Of a stretch of DNA of 15,840 bases, positions 7,961 to 14,847 are shown in pieces. The first letter of the stretch is position 1. Each line of letters opens with the position of its first letter. Source of the DNA: a virus. Taxonomy: Duplodnaviria; Heunggongvirae; Uroviricota; Caudoviricetes. The stretch lies in the IMG/VR virus record IMGVR_UViG_2737471850_000008, positions 1 to 15,840 of that record, one strand, 5' to 3'. The notes under the pieces were generated by a model. The model did not search any database and was not told the DNA's origin. It saw nothing but the letters and a program-made list of their open reading frames with translations. Both the position numbers and the translations under genes were made by a program.

Positions 7961-8976
7961 AAAAACGGAAATACAGGGAACGCCGCACCGCCAGCAAGCC
8001 GCGCCATATGAGCCTTATTACCCTGGGTAAACCGGAACCCATTCTGACGACCGGCACAAACTACACAGACGTCTGGTATGACAATGAAGCGGAACACTGG
8101 ACGCTCCCGATTGACCGGCTGGCGCTGGCGCAACTGGTGAACCTGAACGCGCAGCACGGCGGTGTGCTGTATGCCCGTCGCAATATGGTGACGGCAAACT
8201 ATAAAGACGGCGGACTGACGCATGAACAGCTTGGTGCAGCCGTGTTCGACTGGCTGACCTTCGGTGATGTGGCCATTCTGAAAGTGCGTAACGGCTGGGG
8301 GGATGTGGTGGCACTGTACCCGCTGCCGGCACTCTATACCCGCCAGCGTAAGACCGGGGAGTTTGTGGTACTGCAGCAGGGTGAACCGATGATTTATCCG
8401 CCTGAAGATATTATTTTTCTCAGGCAGTACGATCCGCAACAGGCGATTTATGGTCTGCCGGATTATATCAGCGGTATCCATTCTGCCCTGCTTAACGGTG
8501 AGGCAACAATTTTTCGTCGGCGTTACTACCATAACGGCGGACACACAGGTGGCATGATCTACTGTAACGACCCAAATATGACTGATGAAGTGGAAGAAGA
8601 AATTATTCAGAAGCTGGAGCAGTCAAAGGGGATCGGGAACTTCAGCACCATGTTTGTGAACATCCCCAAAGGCGATCCGGACGGCATCAAATTTATCCCG
8701 ATTGGGGATATCAGCGCCAAAGATGAGTTTCAGAACATCAAGAGCATCAGCGCCCAGGACGTACTGACCGCGCATCGATTCCCGGCAGGACTGGCGGGGA
8801 TTATCCCGACGAACGGCGCAGTAATGGGAGATGTTGAGAAAGCGTCCAAAACCTACCGCAAAGCAGAAATTTTGCCCATTCAGCGCATGTTTACCGCCGC
8901 AGTGGAACAGGAAAGTGATGTACCGCCCCACCTGTACCTTAATTTCCTGAAAGACAGTGAGCTGGAAGGTGATTAA
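7957..8976 (+). CDS. Q: P2 gpQ-like portal protein
   Basis: 339 aa versus about 344 aa for P2 Q; translationally coupled to P; family identification from memory. Confidence 0.85.
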   Translation: MKKRKYRERRTASKPRHMSLITLGKPEPILTTGTNYTDVWYDNEAEHWTLPIDRLALAQLVNLNAQHGGVLYARRNMVTANYKDGGLTHEQLGAAVFDWLTFGDVAILKVRNGWGDVVALYPLPALYTRQRKTGEFVVLQQGEPMIYPPEDIIFLRQYDPQQAIYGLPDYISGIHSALLNGEATIFRRRYYHNGGHTGGMIYCNDPNMTDEVEEEIIQKLEQSKGIGNFSTMFVNIPKGDPDGIKFIPIGDISAKDEFQNIKSISAQDVLTAHRFPAGLAGIIPTNGAVMGDVEKASKTYRKAEILPIQRMFTAAVEQESDVPPHLYLNFLKDSELEGD

Positions 8977-9029
8977 TGTTCGCAAAAAGGCTAAAATATC
9001 ATCGTTTTCCAACTTCCGGAGCGATGGAT

Positions 9030-9305
9030 ATGCGGGTAATGAAGGTTTACTGTCCGGTATGTGAGGCAAGGGCTGTTATCAAAAAAACAGCCCGAAAACA
9101 CAAGGAACTGTCGGATTTATATTGCGCGTGTACCGATGTTGAATGTGGTCACACTTTTGTGATGAATATGACATTCTCACATACCATCAGCCCCAGCGCC
9201 AAATCCAGCGATGCGTTGATCGCCACTATCTGTAACAGCCTTGATATCCAGCAAAAGCAGCTGATGTTAAAGTTTCTGAGTCAGGACGGCACTGCTGCCG
9301 CATAG
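9030..9305 (+). CDS. ogr: Ogr/Delta-family zinc-finger late transcription activator, with a C-terminal extension relative to P2 Ogr
   Basis: CPVC...(22 aa)...CACTDVEC four-cysteine arrangement, as in Ogr/Delta. GGAG 9 nt upstream of the ATG at 9030; alternative starts at 9024 and 9042; the track ORF begins at 8976. Confidence 0.75.
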   Translation: MRVMKVYCPVCEARAVIKKTARKHKELSDLYCACTDVECGHTFVMNMTFSHTISPSAKSSDALIATICNSLDIQQKQLMLKFLSQDGTAAA

Positions 9306-9306
9306 A

Positions 9307-9337
9307 AAAAAGCACCGCTACCGGTGCTTTTATTTTC
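9307..9337 (+). terminator. Rho-independent terminator after ogr
   Basis: Stem AGCACCG / CGGTGCT (9311-9317 and 9322-9328), loop CTAC, followed by TTTTATTTT; A-run upstream. Confidence 0.75.
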
Positions 9338-9383
9338 TGAGATGTAACAGATTCCCATCTATCAACGTCGATGAATGACCAAG

Positions 9384-9444
9384 TGATTAATAGTCCCCCC
9401 CTCCTAAACATGATATTATCTTTCCAAATTTTGGGAGGCATCTT
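9384..9444 (+). promoter_or_regulatory. Putative promoter and RBS of the glycosyltransferase moron, containing a C7 homopolymer
   Basis: TATTAT (9414-9419) as candidate -10; TTAATA/TGATTA about 21-24 bp upstream as candidate -35; C7 run at 9395-9401 lies between them; strong SD GGGAGG at 9432-9437. Confidence 0.3.
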
Positions 9445-10164
9445 ATGTTAATAGTCTCAGTTCTTAAATGTAGTAAAGAGTTTACCCCTAAACACGCCCA
9501 ATGGCTTCATCGTCAGTTCAAAGATATTCCATCTATATGTTTAACCGATGCAGATAATATTCCTGGAGTTAACACAACCCCTTTGCTTTATAACTGGCCG
9601 GGATGGTGGTCTAAAATTGAACTATTTAATCCTAATCACCCAGTCCTTGGAGACCAAGATTTACTCTATTTTGACGTAGATGTTGTGGTCACGGGAGATA
9701 TTCATATTTTCGAAGGTGCGAAGAAATTTACAATGCTTCGGGAGTTTAACCATGCCTCAAGAGTAAACTCATCAATAATGATGATTCCGGCGTCGATTAA
9801 AAAGACGATTTGGGAACAATTCATTATTGATCCTGAGAAAATTATGCGCAATTGTCAGACTGAAGACAAATGGGGTGATCAGGGATTTCTCGGTAGCATC
9901 ATAAAACCAGCCCTATGGCAGGATATCATTCCTGGCTCAATTGTTAGTTATAAATGTGACATCGCCACCCCCTCGATGATTGGCTTCAATGCAAATTTAG
10001 CCTCTGAGGCTGCGACAGGGAAAGTCCCTGATAATGTGGCGGTTGTTTGCTTTCATGGCAGTCCACGCCCCTGGCGTACTGGTTTTGATTGGGTTCCTTC
10101 GTTTTCCCTGCGGGATACTCTGTACGGTAAATTAAAGAACTTTAAAATAAGAATGAAGCAATAA
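9445..10164 (+). CDS. GT8-family-like (glycogenin/LgtC/RfaJ-type, DxD) glycosyltransferase; AT-rich moron
   Basis: Motifs in GT8 order and spacing: DxD (LLYFDVDVVV), NSS (cf. FNSGV), WGDQGFL (cf. GGDQGILN), CFHGSPRPW (cf. HFxGxxKPW). AT-rich compared with the flanking phage genes. Strong SD and ATG. Confidence 0.6.
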   Translation: MLIVSVLKCSKEFTPKHAQWLHRQFKDIPSICLTDADNIPGVNTTPLLYNWPGWWSKIELFNPNHPVLGDQDLLYFDVDVVVTGDIHIFEGAKKFTMLREFNHASRVNSSIMMIPASIKKTIWEQFIIDPEKIMRNCQTEDKWGDQGFLGSIIKPALWQDIIPGSIVSYKCDIATPSMIGFNANLASEAATGKVPDNVAVVCFHGSPRPWRTGFDWVPSFSLRDTLYGKLKNFKIRMKQ

Positions 10165-10201
10165 AGATAACGCCCCTATTGCTTCAATGTTCGCTCCTTC
10201 C

Positions 10202-10219
10202 CCTAACAATAAAGTTAGG
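10202..10219. terminator. Hairpin CCTAAC-AATAAA-GTTAGG between the convergent glycosyltransferase and primase-helicase genes; possible bidirectional terminator
   Basis: 6-bp perfect inverted repeat read directly; AT-rich stem, so weak. Confidence 0.3.
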
Positions 10220-10232
10220 CACTAGTGAACCG

Positions 10233-12890
10233 TTACTTTTCCCGGCCAAATATCCAGCAGCGGAATGTTTCCGGCATCCGTTGCATATCCCCTTTACCAC
10301 GATTATGGCGCTCACTTACCGCGCTGCGCGTGGTGCTTTGTCTGATAAACCGGCGCTCATTGCCGTTTTTAAGCAGCTTTTTAATTTCCGTTAACGTGAA
10401 CGGAATACGCTGCCGGTGTGCTGCGGCGACCTCTTCCATGTGATTGAAATTAACCGCGATTTCATTTTCATCTGATGAATGATTGATGCCATAAGGTGCC
10501 AGTTCATCCAAGTAATCAAACAGCTCCCAGAACTCCTGCACCAGAGGATGATCCTTTTTAAGTGCCTGACAACGTTCAACGGCCAGCGCGGTGATGGCTT
10601 CACGCGTTTTTTCTATACGTTCAACCGGCACCGGTACAACAAGTGCAAGCGCCTCCAGCAAGCCCACAAGCTGCGCGTGATTCTTTGCAATACGGATATG
10701 GCGAATACTGCTATTAGACTCCAGCTCATTCCTAGCTCGCTCGTACCCCCTGCCGAACGTCTGCATGATTTCTTTTTCGCGCATGGTGGCCAGTAATGTG
10801 AATCCGGATACCTGGCTAACGGGGAGTTGTTCAAGTCGTTCTGCAGCGTGGCGCGTCTGAATGGACTGGCCGCGCTTGTCGGTATAGATGTGGATGATAC
10901 GCTCCAGAAACGCCTTGCTGCCGTCTGTGTCGGCATTTTGCGCTATCACAATACTTCCCCTGAACGGCGGCTCATACGTCTCGTTATTGTTCGATTTGAT
11001 ACCCACGGCGCGGGAGGCACGACCGTTATACAGTGATTTCAGCTCGTCCCAGTCAAAAGCGCGTTGCTTGGCGTTATCGGTAGTACGGTCGCCCTCAATC
11101 AGCACAACCGGCAGATTACCGACCTGGGCGAAGTTACGGCCACGCGCGGCGGCGGTAGATTTAGATGGGTCAAACCCTTCGTATTCCTCACGGCCGGCGA
11201 GCTTCCAGAGAAATTCTATCAGCGTGGATTTACCTGTCCCCGGCTCGCCCACGATTTCCAGAAACGGAAATGACTTGTCACGCTCGCGGATTTGTTCGGC
11301 AAACAGCGACCCCAGCCAGAACGCCAGCGCCACATACCCTTTTTCACCAAATGCCGTCCAGATATCGTCTACCCAACCCGTAGTAAACTCGTTCAGCTTC
11401 GGATTCAGATCCAGCGCCGGCGTGAGGCTCAGGCTCTTAACGCTGGCACTGTTGATTTCGAAGTAATCCTCGTCGTTCATCTCATACAGCCGGCCATCGC
11501 AAACGGCCACGCGGTTAAACAACCAGGCGGCATAATCCTTGTTATAGCCGATGAAATTCTGCGTCTTTACCTCTTTGATTTCAGGGAGGCGCATCTGGAT
11601 GAACTTATCCAGCTGTTTGGTGCTGCCTGTGTACACCGCCCCTTTGGCGATGTGCAGCAGACGCTTTTTGAACTCGGCGGAGCTGGTGAGCTGATTAGCC
11701 GTGAAAGTATCTTTCACGGCTGGCCGGTTAGGCATACTGACTTTCACGTAATACCAGGACTCGTCCGTAGGTTCAGACCGCTGAAAGTAAAGCGGCGTCA
11801 GCCAGCAGTTAGCTATTTCGGTCACGCCGCCTGACTCTTTAACCGCCCGTTCTTTGGCCTCCCACTCCATCACCACTTCGGTACCGGTATTGGTGATGCG
11901 CTCATAGGCTCGCATATACCTGTCCAGATCCAGCTCAAACCAGTACATGCGGGAGTTATGCTCAAAGTAGAACGAGTGCCACTCGTTATGCTGATGCATG
12001 AGCAGCGCTTTCTCAGTCGGGCTTTTTGCCAGAAGGAGATCGCCATAGTAGCGATAATTTTTAATGTCCGACTTACTGAACCGGTTACGTAACAACAGGT
12101 CATTCCAGTCCAGCGATGCCGATGATTTCACCGGCTGCGCGGCACGAGTTTTCCATCCTGCAGCATCACTACGGGCAGCGAACGCCAGTGTGTGCTTTGT
12201 GCCGGCTTTATCGCCGTCAAACGCCCATACAAGACGTGGACGTGGTTTTTCACCCAGTTCTTTGGCCAGCGTATCCAGTGCGGCCAGCGGATAGTTGTTA
12301 CTGCTCAGTGTGGCAACTGCAGGTAACCCTACCTGGCACAGACTCAGCGCGTTGAAGATTCCCTCAGTGATCCAGATTTCGTTCACTTCCTGCAGGTTGA
12401 TAAAGGGAGGAACCCACCAGTGACCGACATAGCTTCCCCTGATGTTGGCTTTCTGCTTACCGAAGCGCTGCGGCTGGTCAATGATGCGCTCCCATGTTGC
12501 ACCGCATGACAGCGAAAATCTGACCGTTGCCGACCCCATGCCATCTTTCACGAATGCACCCTGGGTAAAACAGCCTTTTAATGGCTCAGTCTCCAGCCCT
12601 CTGGCCTCGCGCAGATACGCCTCAGCTACTGCATGGGGGTTATCTTCTGTGGTCTGGTAACGTTTTGACCAGTCTTCAAAGATATCCGGATACAGCTCTT
12701 TCACGACAATCTGATGTGCGCAGTTATTTTCACGGCCACATTTCAGAATCCAGGGCTTTTCTATGCTGGTAAATAATTCGCGCTTACGACAGGCAGGGCA
12801 AACGCCCTGCTGCAAATACTTATCCCGCTCTTTAAATTCAAAGTCCCGAACAAGACGGCGCACAACGTCCTGTTGTATCGTTTCGTTCAT
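10233..12890 (-). CDS. Primase-helicase of the P4 alpha type (zinc-binding N-terminus, Toprim primase, P-loop NTPase)
   Basis: ATG at 12890 (MNETIQQ); the track ORF starts at TTG 12926. CPACRK...(16 aa)...CGRENNC zinc motif; Toprim-like ITEG and FDGDKAG; Walker A GEPGTGKS and Walker B-like VVLIEGD. Confidence 0.8.
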   Translation of the reverse strand: MNETIQQDVVRRLVRDFEFKERDKYLQQGVCPACRKRELFTSIEKPWILKCGRENNCAHQIVVKELYPDIFEDWSKRYQTTEDNPHAVAEAYLREARGLETEPLKGCFTQGAFVKDGMGSATVRFSLSCGATWERIIDQPQRFGKQKANIRGSYVGHWWVPPFINLQEVNEIWITEGIFNALSLCQVGLPAVATLSSNNYPLAALDTLAKELGEKPRPRLVWAFDGDKAGTKHTLAFAARSDAAGWKTRAAQPVKSSASLDWNDLLLRNRFSKSDIKNYRYYGDLLLAKSPTEKALLMHQHNEWHSFYFEHNSRMYWFELDLDRYMRAYERITNTGTEVVMEWEAKERAVKESGGVTEIANCWLTPLYFQRSEPTDESWYYVKVSMPNRPAVKDTFTANQLTSSAEFKKRLLHIAKGAVYTGSTKQLDKFIQMRLPEIKEVKTQNFIGYNKDYAAWLFNRVAVCDGRLYEMNDEDYFEINSASVKSLSLTPALDLNPKLNEFTTGWVDDIWTAFGEKGYVALAFWLGSLFAEQIRERDKSFPFLEIVGEPGTGKSTLIEFLWKLAGREEYEGFDPSKSTAAARGRNFAQVGNLPVVLIEGDRTTDNAKQRAFDWDELKSLYNGRASRAVGIKSNNNETYEPPFRGSIVIAQNADTDGSKAFLERIIHIYTDKRGQSIQTRHAAERLEQLPVSQVSGFTLLATMREKEIMQTFGRGYERARNELESNSSIRHIRIAKNHAQLVGLLEALALVVPVPVERIEKTREAITALAVERCQALKKDHPLVQEFWELFDYLDELAPYGINHSSDENEIAVNFNHMEEVAAAHRQRIPFTLTEIKKLLKNGNERRFIRQSTTRSAVSERHNRGKGDMQRMPETFRCWIFGREK

Positions 12891-12929
12891 AAATAATCCA
12901 GATGTGAAATAATGGGTAAAAGGCAAAAA

Positions 12930-13148
12930 CTATATTCTGTACTGCTTGTTATATCGCTCATGTGTCATTAGTTCCCAGCTTCTGCCCTTATCCTTACTCA
13001 GTAATCGCCAGTGATAAGAAACATGAACAGAGAAATAATGTTTTGGCTTAATAACCTGATATACCTTTTTGCCGTTGTAATATTCTGTCAGCACTGAAAA
13101 TGCCTTGTGAATGACACTTTCACTTGCATGAGAGGTCACTGTAAGCAT
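12930..13148 (-). CDS. Hypothetical 72-aa protein
   Basis: ORF between the exonuclease and primase genes with ATG 2 nt after the exonuclease stop; weak SD; AT-rich; no recognised motifs. Could instead be non-coding regulatory DNA. Confidence 0.35.
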   Translation of the reverse strand: MLTVTSHASESVIHKAFSVLTEYYNGKKVYQVIKPKHYFSVHVSYHWRLLSKDKGRSWELMTHERYNKQYRI

Positions 13149-13150
13149 CG

Positions 13151-13720
13151 TTATTTCACACTGGCTATTTTTACAAGATACATCCAGACATAAGAAACAA
13201 CTTTAGCCTGATGAATGGCATCATATAAAGCGTGATGTTTAACACCATCAAACTTAATAATATTACGAACATTCAGCCCAAGTGTTTTTGACAGTTCAAC
13301 AACCGTTCTTACATCACGGTCATTCCAGTAGTACCAAAGTGGATCGGCAAACCCGCATTTCTCTGATGCATTACGTAAAATAACATTGTCGAACGCTGCA
13401 CTATTCCCCCATACCTGTACTTTAGATGGGTCAGAATGCTCAGTAATAAAAGCTTCCAGATTAGCTAACGTCAGAGGCAAGTCCAGACAATCGTCATTAA
13501 GCAGCTCGCTACGCGCTTCGGCATCCTGACGCATCCACCATAATACGGTTTCTGACCCCATAGTGAGACCGTGGCCTACACAGCTGCCCAGGCTGACACG
13601 TTGATAAAACTGTTCACCCATTTCGCCAGTTTCAGGGTCAAAGAATACAGCACCGATAGAAGCAATCGCAGAAGTCGGTTTATTATCCATTGTTTCAAGG
13701 TCAATCATTAAATGTTTCAT
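13151..13720 (-). CDS. DEDDh-family (DnaQ/RNase T-like) 3'-5' exonuclease
   Basis: Exo I MIDLETMD (D-x-E), Exo II WGNSAAFD, Exo III HHALYDAIH (H-x4-D). ATG with AAGGAA SD. AT-rich. Confidence 0.8.
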   Translation of the reverse strand: MKHLMIDLETMDNKPTSAIASIGAVFFDPETGEMGEQFYQRVSLGSCVGHGLTMGSETVLWWMRQDAEARSELLNDDCLDLPLTLANLEAFITEHSDPSKVQVWGNSAAFDNVILRNASEKCGFADPLWYYWNDRDVRTVVELSKTLGLNVRNIIKFDGVKHHALYDAIHQAKVVSYVWMYLVKIASVK

Positions 13721-13729
13721 ATCGGTTCC

Positions 13730-14065
13730 TTAACGTTGGGAAGCTGCAACAGATTTAAGATGCGAGTTATTACTTTTTAACGCTGTGGTAGCCAGCGACA
13801 TAAGACCGGAAATGTTATTTTCAGTTGGTATATTTCCGCCAAATACCATAAGCGTGATTTTGTGCAGTTCTTCAAAATCATCACTATCATTATTAAAGCG
13901 AGCAGTGGAGGTTATACCCTCAAGGCATTTTGCAAGCTGAATGTTTAATTCCATTAACTGCAAGCCATCGCTATGTACAGAGAATGTTTCTTTATCAATG
14001 GTTTTTGCCTGAGCGTGATAGTTTTGCAACAGACTACGAATCAGCGTGGCATATTTAGTCTTCAT
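13730..14065 (-). CDS. Hypothetical protein (about 111 aa) in the early operon
   Basis: ATG at 14065 with GGGGAT SD (track start is TTG at 14077); 26 bp downstream of cox; AT-rich; no recognised domain. Confidence 0.5.
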   Translation of the reverse strand: MKTKYATLIRSLLQNYHAQAKTIDKETFSVHSDGLQLMELNIQLAKCLEGITSTARFNNDSDDFEELHKITLMVFGGNIPTENNISGLMSLATTALKSNNSHLKSVAASQR

Positions 14066-14091
14066 GATAATCCCCAATAATATTTAGTTTA

Positions 14092-14373
14092 CTAACGAGC
14101 ACTTTTATCTTTCGTGAATAAACGGTTCTTCCAGTCATGCCATTCAGGCGGGGCAATTTGAGCCAAATGAATGGCATAAGCATCCCATTCCCCCCGATGG
14201 ATATAGATTTCCCCACCTTTTTTTGATGGATTTAGAGGGTCTTTCATGCGGATTACCGGCAGTTTTCCAGCCGTGGCCATTTTGCGAATTGCAGCAGGCG
14301 TTTTGCCTATATATTCGGCAAAAAGCTCAGGGGTCACCAACTCTGAAAGCGCCTTTTCTGCTGGTTCCTTCAT
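14092..14373 (-). CDS. cox: P2 Cox-like excisionase / transcriptional regulator
   Basis: 93 aa; segment ELFAEYIGKTPAAIRKMATAGKLPVIRMKDP resembles recalled P2 Cox (QEFAKLIGKSTGAVRRMIDKGKLPVIDMTDP). Divergent from C. SD AAGGAT. Confidence 0.8.
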   Translation of the reverse strand: MKEPAEKALSELVTPELFAEYIGKTPAAIRKMATAGKLPVIRMKDPLNPSKKGGEIYIHRGEWDAYAIHLAQIAPPEWHDWKNRLFTKDKSAR

Positions 14374-14481
14374 CTGTGGTATCCTTCGTTAGTTTGGGTT
14401 CCTAGGGCGCTTTAAGTCGTTCTAGGGTTCTTTTGTCAAGGTTCTTTTGTAAGAACCAACAATAGTTGCGATACAAGAACC
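14374..14481. promoter_or_regulatory. cox-C switch region with candidate operator repeats (face-to-face Pe/Pc promoters expected by analogy with P2)
   Basis: Direct repeats TTC(C)TAGGG at 14399-14407 and 14420-14427, about 21 bp apart. Tandem GGTTCTTTTGT at 14426-14436 and 14440-14450. Inverted GGTTCTT...AAGAACC at 14440-14457, and another AAGAACC at 14475-14481. Confidence 0.6.
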
Positions 14482-14781
14482 ATGTCAAGAAATTATGCGG
14501 AGAAACTCCGGCAGATCCGGAAAGCTGAAGGGTTAACTCAAAAAGATTTTTCAGAGCTTACTGGGGTAGCTCTTGGAACAATAAAAAAGTACGAAACTGG
14601 CCATCAGCCAGCTCGTGCAGAAGTCTTAGAAAGTGTTATAGAGGTACATATGTTTGAAAAATATACACTCTGGTTAATGACAGATAAGACGGCACCAATT
14701 GCGGGGCAGGTGTCCCCGTCTCTCTCCCCTGATGGGCAAGACAACATAACATCATCCCGTTCCACCCGGAAAATTGGCTAA
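14482..14781 (+). CDS. C: P2 C-like immunity repressor
   Basis: 99 aa (same as P2 C). LTQKDFSELTGVALGTIKKYETG helix-turn-helix and KYTLWLMTDKTAPIAGQVSP closely resemble recalled P2 C (KYTLWFMTNQIAPESGQIAP). Confidence 0.85.
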   Translation: MSRNYAEKLRQIRKAEGLTQKDFSELTGVALGTIKKYETGHQPARAEVLESVIEVHMFEKYTLWLMTDKTAPIAGQVSPSLSPDGQDNITSSRSTRKIG

Positions 14782-14847
14782 ACATCTGGTTTTTCTATGC
14801 GTTAGCGCAAAATTTACATAATGATTCATACATCGGAGGGCTTCGCT

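Noticed and set aside
11228-11250. Sequence CCCCGGCTCGCC resembling part of the recalled P2 cos complement
   Set aside because: It lies inside the primase-helicase gene and encodes the Walker A motif (GEPGTGKS) on the coding strand; the similarity is partial and explained by coding constraint.
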